Shown here: positions 26,687 to 36,488 of the stretch, in pieces | Numbering within the stretch: position 1 is the stretch's first letter | How the letters are laid out: each line of letters opens with the position of its first letter | DNA from: a bacterium | GTDB taxonomy: Bacteria > Patescibacteriota > Saccharimonadia > CAILAD01 > GCA-016700035 | Assembly: GCA_020854115.1 (NCBI GenBank) | Contig: JADZGC010000011.1 | Location: 5,057-69,056, forward strand | Reading direction: 5' to 3' | Length of the DNA: 64,000 nt | The notes under the pieces: model-generated | Seen by the model: only the letters and a program-made list of their open reading frames with translations | Databases searched by the model: none | Told to the model about the DNA's origin: nothing | Translations under genes and position numbers: made by a program

Positions 26687-27376
26687 TTAGTAGATGTAGT
26701 TGAATTCAGACTCGTCAGCCCAGCGGTAGCTCAAGCGATTCCAGCCGACATAATTCATTTCACTGACGTAGACTTTGCCCTCCTGCACTTGTTCGACGTA
26801 TGCGACATGACCGTAGCGTCCGACGGTGGTCTGAGCGATTGCGCCTGGTCGGGCGTACTCTCCGGTGGTGAACCCAGCCGCTTGCGCCCTACGAAGCCAG
26901 TCGCGAGCATTGCCCCAGTTTTGTGGGATCGGACGGCGCTTGGATACATACATGGTGCAGTGGCCGTAGGAATATCCGCTGGCAGTATATTGCATACCGG
27001 TACTTGGTTTGTCTTCACTCGGCTTATCGGTGGCGGGGAGTGTGAGGGCATCGGCGTAGGTACTTGATTCGGACGGGCTCGGAGTCGGGGTTACAGATCG
27101 GGTGACTACTCGGGTACTTGGCACAGACTGACTTGTCTGGAGGTTATTCGCCTCGAGGTATTTGGAAGTAGTTTGCTCAAAGTCAGCTCGACTGGTTTGG
27201 AATGATACAGCGAATACAACGAAGTACACCATGATCATAAGGGTGGCCTTGATGCGAGTATTCTCTGCAAAGAAGTTTTGGATACGGCGAATCGGCCCGT
27301 CCTGACGACGGTGCAGTGAGAGCTCATATTGCCTGAGCAGCTCGCGCTGTTCCTGGGATGCGGTGTTCGATTGCAT
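26687..27376 (-). CDS. CHAP-domain peptidoglycan hydrolase-like protein with N-terminal TM anchor
   Basis: C-terminal SGYSYGHCTMYV...GHVAYV pattern (Cys/His CHAP). N-terminal membrane anchor and Ser/Thr-rich linker. Confidence 0.7.
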   Translation of the reverse strand: MQSNTASQEQRELLRQYELSLHRRQDGPIRRIQNFFAENTRIKATLMIMVYFVVFAVSFQTSRADFEQTTSKYLEANNLQTSQSVPSTRVVTRSVTPTPSPSESSTYADALTLPATDKPSEDKPSTGMQYTASGYSYGHCTMYVSKRRPIPQNWGNARDWLRRAQAAGFTTGEYARPGAIAQTTVGRYGHVAYVEQVQEGKVYVSEMNYVGWNRLSYRWADESEFNYIY

Positions 27377-27524
27377 TATATATAAACTCCACTCAAATAA
27401 GCAGAATTGACTATAGTATCACTTTATTGAGTATTTTACAATGTTTATTCGCTACTTTTGGTGGCGGTTGAGAATGAGCTGAAGATGCTTATGTTATAAT
27501 TTCAGTGATTAATAGGTATGTACC

Positions 27525-28115
27525 ATGAGGAAACCACCTGGGCTTGCGCATCTAGCAATAATTATCGTTATCGTCCTCGTAGTGATCGGCGGGCTGGCGT
27601 ACTACGCGCTGCGACCAAAACAGAGTGCCCAGCTTGAACAGCAGCTAGAAGCTACAGTTTTACCCTCTTTGGCGCCTAATTCAAATCAGGATGGTTTTCA
27701 AAGAATTACGAAGAACAACTTTAGTATCTCTATTCCTCTCGGGTGGAGAGAGGTTAGACCTAGTGGGGTTGCCGGCGATGAATACGCAGGCTTTGAATCG
27801 GAAGCTGGTGATTTTATCACGATTGACATACAATCTGGCGGCAGGGGTTTTATCGCAGATGCGACGTGGAGATATGGCTACAACGAAGATGGCACAATTT
27901 TCTTGATTGAAGAACAGAAGGATACTGTGTGCGACCGGTCGCAGGATGAAGGGGTCTTCTGTGGCTATAAAGATGGCAAGCTAGACCTGCACATCTCACT
28001 TCCAGGTGAGGGCTATCGAGGTAAATGGGCATCTATTTTTGCTGGCAATACGAAGAACGAACAGGCCGATCGACAGGTATTTCGTGATATATTAGCTACA
28101 TTTAAACAAAATTAG
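27525..28115 (+). CDS. hypothetical secreted protein
   Basis: N-terminal TM/signal. No recognisable family. Confidence 0.5.
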   Translation: MRKPPGLAHLAIIIVIVLVVIGGLAYYALRPKQSAQLEQQLEATVLPSLAPNSNQDGFQRITKNNFSISIPLGWREVRPSGVAGDEYAGFESEAGDFITIDIQSGGRGFIADATWRYGYNEDGTIFLIEEQKDTVCDRSQDEGVFCGYKDGKLDLHISLPGEGYRGKWASIFAGNTKNEQADRQVFRDILATFKQN

Positions 28116-28126
28116 AAGATTGCAAG

Positions 28127-28153
28127 TTAGCACTCTTGACATGGGAGTGCTAA
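28127..28153 (+). promoter_or_regulatory. CIRCE operator (HrcA binding site), perfect
   Basis: TTAGCACTC-N9-GAGTGCTAA matches the canonical CIRCE inverted repeat. Confidence 0.85.
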
Positions 28154-28172
28154 CTTTTTTACAATGATTGTG

Positions 28173-28199
28173 TTGGCACTCGACTACAATTAGTGCTAA
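28173..28199 (+). promoter_or_regulatory. second, imperfect CIRCE-like operator
   Basis: TTGGCACTC-N9-TAGTGCTAA, 20 nt downstream of the first. Confidence 0.6.
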
Positions 28200-28309
28200 T
28201 ATGTGTGTAGCGTTTGGGTAGAAAAGCGCGAGACTGGCCTAGTGCACTGCTTAAAACCATCCTCCAAGTAGGTTTTTGCGCGGTTAGTCTCGGCCCAAAC
28301 TCACAAGTT

Positions 28310-29008
28310 ATGATGACACCACGCCAAGTAGCAATTTTGACCGAAATTATTCGTCAGTATTCAGAGAGTGCTGAGCCGGTGAGTTCGCATGCTCTACTGA
28401 AGAAATTTGATGTGTCATCCGCGACGATTCGCTCCGAAATGGCAGCCTTGGAGCGAGATGGCTACATCTATCAGCCCCACATTTCGGCTGGACGAGTTCC
28501 TACAGATAAAGGCTATCGTTTTTATGTAAACAATCTTGCCGAGCCAGATGCGAAGCCTCGATATGAGTTGACGGTAGAGAAGCGCGTAGCAAGCTTACGG
28601 GATCATGTGGATCGAGCGGTGAAGATCGCTACCGAAACACTCTCAGAGATGACCGGTAACACTGCTTTTGCAACGCTCTCCGACACCGTTTATTTTCATA
28701 GTTTGCACCAACTCTTCTCGCAGCCAGAATTCGCTGATAGCTTGAGAGCAGCATCGGCCGCACGGTATCTTGATTCTCTCTCGTCCTGGCTCTTAGAGCA
28801 AAGTCCGGATGAAGATCTGGCAATCTTCATCGGTCGCGAAAATCCATTTGCGCGTACCAGTGGGATGGCGATGGTGGTGGCACGATTCGAGAGCCCATAT
28901 AGCTTGCATAGCGCGATCGGTATCGTCGGGCCTACTCGCCAGGACTATGCCAAAGTTACAGCGCTCGTCGAACTGACCGGTAAGAAACTAGAGGAGGTTC
29001 TCCAATAA
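28310..29008 (+). CDS. hrcA: heat-inducible transcription repressor HrcA
   Basis: N-terminal winged helix (PRQVAILTEIIRQYSESAEPVSSHALL...), HrcA C-terminal domain. ATGATG at 28310 preferred over the 28214 extension. Confidence 0.85.
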   Translation: MMTPRQVAILTEIIRQYSESAEPVSSHALLKKFDVSSATIRSEMAALERDGYIYQPHISAGRVPTDKGYRFYVNNLAEPDAKPRYELTVEKRVASLRDHVDRAVKIATETLSEMTGNTAFATLSDTVYFHSLHQLFSQPEFADSLRAASAARYLDSLSSWLLEQSPDEDLAIFIGRENPFARTSGMAMVVARFESPYSLHSAIGIVGPTRQDYAKVTALVELTGKKLEEVLQ

Positions 29009-29532
29009 TGAAACCAGATAAGAACAAGCCTGCAGCAAAGGCACCGAAACTCCCGAAGAAAGACCCGATGGCGGAGTTGACGGCTGATCTCCAGCGCGTG
29101 CAAGCAGACTTCGAAAACTACAAGAAGCGAGTCGCCAGTGAGCGCGCAGAGCTCATGAATAGTGCGAAGCTTGCGGTACTCACGGATCTGCTGCCCGCGC
29201 TCGACAACTTTGATCGAGCGGCTACACACCTACCAGACCATTTGCAGAATGACCCGTGGGCACAGGGGATGAGCTATGTCGGTACTCAGCTCGAGCAGAT
29301 CCTCGATGATATGGGGGTCAAGAAATTCACCCCGCAGATCGGTGAGGAATTTAATCATGAGACGATGGATGCTCTCGAGCGCATAGCTTCGGATCATCCG
29401 CCGGAGACTATCGCTGAAGTTCTCACGCCGGGCTATCAGATACAGGGACAGACCGTTCGCCCGGCTAGCGTGAAGGTATCGCAAGGAAATGAAAATGAGC
29501 AAAAAGAAGCTAAGCAAGAAGGAGAAAAATAA
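29008..29532 (+). CDS. grpE: nucleotide exchange factor GrpE
   Basis: Coiled-coil N-terminus and conserved GrpE C-terminal beta domain. Overlaps the hrcA stop. Confidence 0.9.
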   Translation: MKPDKNKPAAKAPKLPKKDPMAELTADLQRVQADFENYKKRVASERAELMNSAKLAVLTDLLPALDNFDRAATHLPDHLQNDPWAQGMSYVGTQLEQILDDMGVKKFTPQIGEEFNHETMDALERIASDHPPETIAEVLTPGYQIQGQTVRPASVKVSQGNENEQKEAKQEGEK

Positions 29533-31448
29533 TGGCAAAGATTATCGGAATTGACCTCGGTACAACGAACTCAGCAATGGCTGTGATGGAAGGTGGCGAC
29601 CCAACCGTCATCACTAATATTGAAGGTGCGCGCACCACTCCATCGATCGGTGCTGTGAACAAAAATGGCGAGCGCCTCGCCGGACAAGTGGCGAAGCGCC
29701 AGGCCGTGATTAACCCAGACAACACGATCTTCTCAGTCAAGCGCCTTATCGGCCGCACGATCGATGACCCAGAGATCAAGCGCGACATGGAACTCATGCC
29801 ATACGAGATCGTCAAGGCAGATGGCCATGTGAAGGTGAAGATGGGCGATAAAGATTATACGCCAGAAGAAGTCAGCGCCATGATTCTCGCTAAGCTCAAA
29901 GCAGATGCTGAGAAATATCTCGGCGATACTGTGACTGAGGCTGTGATCACTGTCCCAGCGTACTTCAATGACGCACAGCGCCAGGCAACGAAGGACGCTG
30001 GTAAGATCGCTGGTCTCGAAGTGAAGCGCATTATTAACGAGCCAACCGCTGCTGCATTAGCGTACGGACTCGATAAGAAAAAAGAAGAAAAGATCGTAGT
30101 CTACGACCTCGGTGGCGGTACCTTTGACGTGTCGGTGCTTGAGCTCGGTGACGGTGTCTTTGAAGTAAAGTCCACCAACGGCGACACGCACCTCGGCGGT
30201 GACGACTTTGATATCGCGATCATCAACTGGCTGGTTGAAGAATTTCAAAAAGATCAGGGTATCGATCTCAAGCAGGACAAGGCTGCGATGCAGCGCTTGA
30301 AGGAAGCTGCTGAGAAAGCAAAGATCGAGCTCTCGACTACCCAAGAATCAGAGATTAACATCCCATTCATCACGGCCGATGCGAGCGGACCGAAGCATAT
30401 GAATCTCACACTTTCACGCGCGAAGCTCGAGGAACTGGTCGGTAAGCTTGTCGAAGATACTCTCAAGCCATGTGAAGCTGCGCTCAAAGATGCGGGCCTT
30501 AATAAGGGTGCCATCAATGAAGTGATTCTCGTCGGCGGCATGACTCGTATGCCGCTCGTACAGAAGAAAGTCGAAGAATTTTTCGGCAAGAAGCCACTCC
30601 AGGGTGTGAACCCAGACGAAGTTGTGGCTATTGGTGCTGCGATCCAGGGTGGTGTGCTTGGTGGTGAAGTGAAGGACGTTCTCCTCCTAGATGTAACCCC
30701 ACTCTCACTTGGGATCGAGACGATGGGCGGTGTTATGACCAAGCTCATTGATCGCAACACGACCATCCCGACTAGTAAGACGCAGGTCTTCTCGACCGCC
30801 AGTGACAACCAGCCGAGCGTAGAGATCGTTGTGCTACAAGGCGAGCGCGAGATGGCTGCTGATAACAAGATCCTCGGTCGCTTCCAGCTCGATGGTATAC
30901 CGCCAGCTCCTCGTGGCGTACCGCAGATTGAAGTCAGCTACAACATCGATGCTAATGGTATCGTCAGTGTAACCGCTAAGGATAAAGCAACCAATAAAGA
31001 ACAGCACATTACGATCCAGAACTCGAGTAACTTGAGTGATGATGAAATCAAAAAGATGCAGGCAGATGCCGAGGCTCATGCTGAGGAGGACAAGAAGAAA
31101 AAAGAGCAGGTCGAAGCTAAGAACCACGCTGACACCATGATCTACACCGCCGAGAAAAGTCTGAAAGACGCTGGTGACAAAGTCGACGAGACCGTGAAGA
31201 AAGATGTCGAGGGGGCTGCTAAAGTACTGAAGGATAAGCTGGGCGAGAATGAACCAGATGTCGAGGAGCTCAAGAAGCTGACCCAAGATCTCTCAGATAA
31301 GCTCACGAAGATCGGTGAAGCTATGTACAAAGCCGAAGAAGCTGCTGCATCGGCTGGTGAGGGTGACAAGAGTGACAAAGACGGCGAAAAGAAGGATGAT
31401 AAGACTGACGACGCCGAAGAAGGCGAAATCGTCGACGATAAGAAGTAA
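29532..31448 (+). CDS. dnaK: molecular chaperone DnaK (Hsp70)
   Basis: [18 protein letters not shown], full substrate-binding domain and acidic C-terminal tail. Confidence 0.97.
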   Translation: MAKIIGIDLGTTNSAMAVMEGGDPTVITNIEGARTTPSIGAVNKNGERLAGQVAKRQAVINPDNTIFSVKRLIGRTIDDPEIKRDMELMPYEIVKADGHVKVKMGDKDYTPEEVSAMILAKLKADAEKYLGDTVTEAVITVPAYFNDAQRQATKDAGKIAGLEVKRIINEPTAAALAYGLDKKKEEKIVVYDLGGGTFDVSVLELGDGVFEVKSTNGDTHLGGDDFDIAIINWLVEEFQKDQGIDLKQDKAAMQRLKEAAEKAKIELSTTQESEINIPFITADASGPKHMNLTLSRAKLEELVGKLVEDTLKPCEAALKDAGLNKGAINEVILVGGMTRMPLVQKKVEEFFGKKPLQGVNPDEVVAIGAAIQGGVLGGEVKDVLLLDVTPLSLGIETMGGVMTKLIDRNTTIPTSKTQVFSTASDNQPSVEIVVLQGEREMAADNKILGRFQLDGIPPAPRGVPQIEVSYNIDANGIVSVTAKDKATNKEQHITIQNSSNLSDDEIKKMQADAEAHAEEDKKKKEQVEAKNHADTMIYTAEKSLKDAGDKVDETVKKDVEGAAKVLKDKLGENEPDVEELKKLTQDLSDKLTKIGEAMYKAEEAAASAGEGDKSDKDGEKKDDKTDDAEEGEIVDDKK

Positions 31449-31453
31449 CCCGC

Positions 31454-31927
31454 ATGTCAATCACAGCTGCACCAGCATTTCGCGACTTCCTTGCCTACGT
31501 AGGAGAGGCTGGTTATGCAAACGAACAACCTCCGACGAAGCATCTTCCCGATGGCTCGCATGATATCGTGCTGGAGCGAGACGGCTGGAAATACCACGAT
31601 AACTGGTTTGGCGGCGAACCATTCGGCGGAATGGAAGTAATCAGCAAAGGCGAGAAGCCGTTTTGGATGATGGTGTATTTTGGAGCCATCATCGATCCGA
31701 GCGAGGAGCCGGCTGATGTCTATACCGCACTCAAAGAAGCACTGCGCCAGCCAGACGCGGCGATGCCGGTACGCGGTCAGCGCAAGCTGGCAGCATCGAA
31801 TGGGTACTCGTATGCCTTCATATGGACAGGTGATCTAGATCGTTTTCAAGGCCAGGAGAATATTTGCAATCCGCAAGGCGCACTGATCTATAAATCTGAA
31901 GTGAGCGGAGGCTTGATCAACCAATGA
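31454..31927 (+). CDS. hypothetical protein inserted between dnaK and dnaJ
   Basis: 157-aa soluble protein. No recognisable family. Confidence 0.5.
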   Translation: MSITAAPAFRDFLAYVGEAGYANEQPPTKHLPDGSHDIVLERDGWKYHDNWFGGEPFGGMEVISKGEKPFWMMVYFGAIIDPSEEPADVYTALKEALRQPDAAMPVRGQRKLAASNGYSYAFIWTGDLDRFQGQENICNPQGALIYKSEVSGGLINQ

Positions 31928-32250
31928 GATCGGTTGTTGCTCTGTCTGCCGCCGTACTGCTCGCTGCGCTTGGGGTGTTGCTACTGCGCACGACGATCAA
32001 TGAAAAAGTAGCCCAGTCTTGTGCTCGTGGTGAGGAGATGAATTCGTTTCAAAGCGTACAGCGGGATGTGTACTTCGTCTGGCAGTGGCTGCCTAGTAGG
32101 GATGACAGCAAAAGCTTCATCGATTGTGTCGGTCCGGCCACGTACATTAGCTACCGTCCCTATGACGGCGCCGCTCTAGCATGGCTCGGCACGGTGCTAG
32201 CTCTGTCGGTAGGGCTGCGCGATGAAAGGAAAGGAAACAAACAGGCATGA
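31924..32250 (+). CDS. hypothetical small secreted/membrane protein
   Basis: 108 aa with an N-terminal hydrophobic segment. Start overlaps the upstream stop. Confidence 0.45.
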   Translation: MRSVVALSAAVLLAALGVLLLRTTINEKVAQSCARGEEMNSFQSVQRDVYFVWQWLPSRDDSKSFIDCVGPATYISYRPYDGAALAWLGTVLALSVGLRDERKGNKQA

Positions 32251-33077
32251 AAACAATCATCTTCATCGATGGCGAGAATTTCGTCTACCAGCTCCGCGAT
32301 ATGCTCGCCAAGCGCCGCTTAGTAAAATACCGCGATGAGCTGGTGCGGGTTGATATACGTAAGATGCTCGCCGACGTCATCCAAAATGATTCGGTGAAAA
32401 CTGCAAAGATTGAATATTATGCTGCTAAAGTGCATATTATCGATCGCACGCCTGAGCTAAAGGAGCGTACTGAGCGTTATGCCAAGGATGCAGATGCCTG
32501 GGAAAAAGCACTCATAAGCCAGAACATCAACTACGTCCAGGCGGGACATTTGCTGGTCCGTGACGGTAAGCCCTGCCAGGTGTGTGGGCATGCTGAGCCA
32601 GTGCTAGTCGAGAAAGGTGTTGATCTTAGATTCGCCACAGATGTAATTCGTGCATCTGGAGAGAATGTGCGCATCATTCTCTTGAGTTCGGATGGTGACA
32701 TGGTGCCAGCGATCGAAGAATCTAAGCGACGTGGGGCTGAGCTCTGGTACGTCGGATTTCGTGGGGTAAGTAATGCGGCGCTGGCGCGCACGGCGACGCG
32801 CAAGTTTACGATTCTCGCGAAGCACGCGGCTGCTGCGCTCGGGCCAAAGCCACAAAAATACGAGAGCCAAGATCGGGATAAGAAGCCCGAGCATGCGCAG
32901 TACCAGAGGCATAAGACAGGCGATCAACAGCCATCTGGTGCAGTGACTGGTTCGCGCTTGGCAAGCATGTTGTTGCCGCAATCAACCACGAGCAAAGTGC
33001 AAGCGAAAGAAGCTCCGGAGCGTGTTACTCGATCGCGTGCAGTTCGCAGGTCTCGCATGCCGAAGAAGGAATCATAA
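32247..33077 (+). CDS. NYN-domain (LabA-like, PIN-related) protein with basic C-terminal tail
   Basis: IFIDGENF ... LLSSDGD motifs typical of NYN nucleases. Confidence 0.7.
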   Translation: MKTIIFIDGENFVYQLRDMLAKRRLVKYRDELVRVDIRKMLADVIQNDSVKTAKIEYYAAKVHIIDRTPELKERTERYAKDADAWEKALISQNINYVQAGHLLVRDGKPCQVCGHAEPVLVEKGVDLRFATDVIRASGENVRIILLSSDGDMVPAIEESKRRGAELWYVGFRGVSNAALARTATRKFTILAKHAAAALGPKPQKYESQDRDKKPEHAQYQRHKTGDQQPSGAVTGSRLASMLLPQSTTSKVQAKEAPERVTRSRAVRRSRMPKKES

Positions 33078-33080
33078 TCT

Positions 33081-33995
33081 ATGGCTGACAAGCGTGATTA
33101 CTATGAAGTTTTAGGCGTCTCCAAGGGCGCAAGTCAAGATGAGATTAAATTGGCCTTCAAGAAGGCAGCACTCAAGCACCATCCGGACCGTGAAGGTGGT
33201 GATGAGGCAAGATTTAAAGAAGTTAGTGAAGCCTACGAAGTATTGTCAGACGAGAAGCGTCGCGCTGCCTACGATCAGTTTGGCCACGCTGCAGGCGCTG
33301 CAAACGCTGGCGGCCCTGGGGGCAATCCATTTGGCGGCTTCTCTGGTGGGCAAGGTTTTGATTTTGGCAATGTGCAGTTTGATTTCTCTGGGGCTGGTGG
33401 CTTCGGCGATATTTTCTCGGAGATCTTCGGTGGTATGCGCGGCCGACCACGTGATGTACAGGTCGCCGTGGCGATTGATTTTGATGAAGCCGTGAAGGGC
33501 ACCACGCGTGAGCTGACGTTACGGGTCATGGATCGGGCGAGCGGCGAGCGCAGGAGTGAGACTGTAAAAGTAAAAATTCCGGCTGGCATTGATGATGGTC
33601 AGTCAGTGCGATTGAGTGGTAAAGGTGAATACGGTGCGCAAGGCCAGCGAGGTGACTTGTATGTCGAAGTGCATGTCCGTCCGAGCAAAGACTTCGAACG
33701 CCAAGGCCATCATCTCATTTCGCGTATCAAAGTCGATATCGCTGACGCCGCTCTCGGAAGTGAGGCAGATATTAAGACGCTTGAAGGAAATGTCACAATC
33801 AAGGTCCCTGCTGGTACACAGTCAGGTAAGGTGCTTAAACTCAGCGGCAAAGGCATGCCGGTGCCTGGCACTAATCGTCATGGGGATCATCTCGTGGAAG
33901 TGACGGTCGAAGTGCCACATAAGCTGAGCGCCAAGCAGCGAGCCGCTCTCGAAGAATATCGCAAGGCGAGCAAGAAAAAAGGTCTGTTTCATTAA
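33081..33995 (+). CDS. J-domain co-chaperone (DnaJ/CbpA-like; lacks the Cys-rich zinc finger)
   Basis: J-domain with HPD, Gly/Phe-rich region and two C-terminal beta domains, but no CxxCxGxG repeats. Confidence 0.85.
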   Translation: MADKRDYYEVLGVSKGASQDEIKLAFKKAALKHHPDREGGDEARFKEVSEAYEVLSDEKRRAAYDQFGHAAGAANAGGPGGNPFGGFSGGQGFDFGNVQFDFSGAGGFGDIFSEIFGGMRGRPRDVQVAVAIDFDEAVKGTTRELTLRVMDRASGERRSETVKVKIPAGIDDGQSVRLSGKGEYGAQGQRGDLYVEVHVRPSKDFERQGHHLISRIKVDIADAALGSEADIKTLEGNVTIKVPAGTQSGKVLKLSGKGMPVPGTNRHGDHLVEVTVEVPHKLSAKQRAALEEYRKASKKKGLFH

Positions 33996-34046
33996 AAAGC
34001 CTTCCGTCACAGAGACTGAAGGATGTGGCGGTAGTCACGATACGGG

Positions 34047-34262
34047 CTATATGCTCATGGCAGTTTCGGGAACAAACTCGAACTCTTGCCCAACTGCCTT
34101 GACGAGCCCAGTGGCAGCATCGTTGAGCATCGTGTGCTGACAGACCGTGTTCTCGACGAAATGGGGTAGGTACGGCGGTATGATGCTGGTGAATACTATG
34201 TTTGGTCCCGCTAGTTTTGAGTCAAACCAGGGCGCGCTATCAATGTGTTCGATGAGCGTCAT
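34047..34262 (-). CDS. small hypothetical protein (71 aa) convergent with dnaJ
   Basis: ORF only. The frame stays open another approx. 30 codons upstream without an ATG. Confidence 0.25.
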   Translation of the reverse strand: MTLIEHIDSAPWFDSKLAGPNIVFTSIIPPYLPHFVENTVCQHTMLNDAATGLVKAVGQEFEFVPETAMSI

Positions 34263-34413
34263 GCTGTATTTGAGGAGGTCCTCAGGCCCGTTGATCTTGA
34301 TGATGTCATCAGGTACGGAAGAACGCCACCTTAGGTGTTTTGTGGGACTATTTTACCCTAAAATCAGGCAGAAATCAATATGTATCTATGGCTGTCTAGC
34401 GTATAATAAGCAC

Positions 34414-34941
34414 ATGTACTTTGGATCTCTTACCTTGGATGCAAATTTTTTTGTATTTGCTGTACTTGGCCTGTTTTTGGGCTGTGGGATTTTGTTTGGT
34501 GAAGCGCGTTTGAAACGTGTTGTGACGGGGGCTCTTATTGGGCTGTTTGCTGCTGATCAGCTCGCTGACTTTGTGGCGACACAGCTGAGTAATGCAAAAG
34601 TGGACATAGATGACCAGGCAGTGCTAAAAATCGCGCTGCTGCTTATCGTTGCTATTCCACTATCGCTGGGCAAAGCACCGTCGGTTGGTGGGAGGTTCTC
34701 AATTCGCTCGATAGTGTTAGCGGTGTTTGCGGCGATGACCGTCATCGCATTTGTGAGTAATTTCTTGTCCGATACCTTGCTTGGAGAATTAGAGACAGAA
34801 TATAACCTCATCGCGCTTGCAACCGACAACCGTTCGTGGTGGTTGGCTGGCTTGTTGCTCTGGCTCGTCATCTTGCATGTCTGGAAACCAAAGTCGAAGG
34901 ATGACGATGATGGCAAGGGTAAGCGAGGCAAGAAGAAATAA
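34414..34941 (+). CDS. hypothetical polytopic membrane protein with Lys/Asp-rich C-terminus
   Basis: TATAAT at 34402-34407 then ATG 34414. Several TM helices. The 34147 extension overlaps a minus-strand ORF. Confidence 0.55.
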   Translation: MYFGSLTLDANFFVFAVLGLFLGCGILFGEARLKRVVTGALIGLFAADQLADFVATQLSNAKVDIDDQAVLKIALLLIVAIPLSLGKAPSVGGRFSIRSIVLAVFAAMTVIAFVSNFLSDTLLGELETEYNLIALATDNRSWWLAGLLLWLVILHVWKPKSKDDDDGKGKRGKKK

Positions 34942-35024
34942 GGGTTCAGAATAGTGTTATGGGTTGCATTTTTGGACCCAAAAGACTAGTATGTACACCT
35001 GTAAATTACAATAATTAATTACGT

Positions 35025-35456
35025 ATGCAAATCCAGCCACATCCATTGCCTTTGATCGGCCGCAAGACGAAAGTCGAGCTGGTCGATCTTGGTGTAAAAA
35101 ACGTCGCAGCGAAGGTTGACACCGGCGCGTATCACAACGCAATTCACTGCTCCGACGTTGTCTTGCACAAAGAAGACGGTAAGAAATTCTTGACCTTCAA
35201 GGTACTCGATAATGACCATCCGAGCTTTAAGAAACGTACGATCACCGTACACCGCTTCGGTAAGCGTCGTGTCAAGAATTCATTTGGCGTGTACCAGATG
35301 CGCTACCTCGTCCGTCTGGCAATTCGCGTCGAAGGCTCCACGAAGCTGTATAAAGTCCATTTTACATTGGCTGATCGTAGCCGTATGCGAACCCCTGTTC
35401 TCTTGGGGCGAAAGTTCTTGAAGCACCGCTTCCTGGTTGACGTGCGTCATTCATGA
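35025..35456 (+). CDS. RimK-associated retropepsin-like aspartic protease (DUF785 family)
   Basis: About 140-aa protein with a VDTGA-like motif (AKVDTGAYH). Sits immediately upstream of rimK, a conserved pairing. Confidence 0.7.
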   Translation: MQIQPHPLPLIGRKTKVELVDLGVKNVAAKVDTGAYHNAIHCSDVVLHKEDGKKFLTFKVLDNDHPSFKKRTITVHRFGKRRVKNSFGVYQMRYLVRLAIRVEGSTKLYKVHFTLADRSRMRTPVLLGRKFLKHRFLVDVRHS

Positions 35457-35472
35457 CCTATACAGTAAAGAT

Positions 35473-36378
35473 ATGAAAATCGCTATCTTATCCAAGGGTA
35501 GGAATAACTACTCGACCGCACGACTCGCTGACGCCGCTCGCAAGGCCGGTCACACGCCACTGATTGTTGACTATACGAAGGCCTACATGGGCATCGAAAG
35601 CATGGCGCCAACTGTACATATCGAAGGGCACGCCATCGATGATGTGCGGGCGGTTATCCCTCGTATAGCTGCTAGTTATACCTCATACGGGACGGCTGTT
35701 GTGAGGCAGTTTGAAATGATGCGCGCCTATGCGTCGGTCAGCTCGCTGTCGCTCGTGCGTTCGCGCGATAAGTTGCGCTCCATGCAGCTCTTGGCGCGTG
35801 CCGGTGTCGGGATTCCGAAGACGGTCTTCGCCTATGCAAGTTCAGATGCGCAGGAACTCATCGATCTCGTCGGCGGTGCACCGGTTGTAGTCAAGCTCCT
35901 CGAGAGCACACAGGGTAAGGGTGTGGTGCTGGCAGAGACTAAGAAAGCTGCTAAGTCGGTGGTTGAGGCGTTCAATTCGATTAGTGCCAGCTTCATCATC
36001 CAGGAATTCATCGAAGAAGCTGATGGCTCTGATATTCGTGTCATTGTAGTGGGGGATCAGATCGTTGGCGCAATGATGCGCAAGGGTGCAGAGGGCGAAT
36101 TCCGCAGCAATACGCATCGTGGAGGGGAGCCAATCGCAGTTGAACTCACGAAGAAAGAGCAGAATATCGCGCTTAAATCGGCTCGTACACTCGGCATGTC
36201 GATCGCCGGTGTGGACATTATTCGCTCGAAGCGCGGACCGTTGGTGCTCGAGGTGAATAGCTCGCCATCATTGCGTGGTACGGAGCTCGTGACGAAGCAA
36301 GACATTGCCGGGGCTATGATCGACTACGTCGCGAAGCGAGCAATGGGTAAGCGCAAGAAGGACAAGATCGGCGCTTAG
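35473..36378 (+). CDS. rimK: RimK-family ATP-grasp alpha-L-glutamate ligase
   Basis: ATP-grasp fold and RimK-like motifs (MKIAILS..., SMQLLARAGVGIPKT, VVVKLLESTQGKGVVL, GEFRSNTHRGG). ATG 35473 preferred. Confidence 0.85.
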   Translation: MKIAILSKGRNNYSTARLADAARKAGHTPLIVDYTKAYMGIESMAPTVHIEGHAIDDVRAVIPRIAASYTSYGTAVVRQFEMMRAYASVSSLSLVRSRDKLRSMQLLARAGVGIPKTVFAYASSDAQELIDLVGGAPVVVKLLESTQGKGVVLAETKKAAKSVVEAFNSISASFIIQEFIEEADGSDIRVIVVGDQIVGAMMRKGAEGEFRSNTHRGGEPIAVELTKKEQNIALKSARTLGMSIAGVDIIRSKRGPLVLEVNSSPSLRGTELVTKQDIAGAMIDYVAKRAMGKRKKDKIGA

Positions 36379-36488
36379 TCTCTCGATAGAAATCTAGTAA
36401 GCATAAGAAAATGAGCATTGACAAAGTGCTCATTTTTTGGTAATATAAACAGGTTCTATTCGTACCCCTACAGAAAGAGATCAGGCAC

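Noticed and set aside
28214-28309. 5' extension of hrcA to 28214
   Set aside because: It would place the CIRCE operators inside or immediately at the coding sequence. ATGATG at 28310 gives the conserved HrcA N-terminus.
30254-31286. Minus-strand ORFs of 204 and 150 codons inside dnaK
   Set aside because: Antisense to a highly conserved Hsp70 coding sequence. No independent support.
34147-34413. 5' extension of the membrane-protein gene to 34147
   Set aside because: It overlaps a convergent small ORF and the dnaJ terminator region. A TATAAT box and ATG at 34414 precede the first hydrophobic helix.
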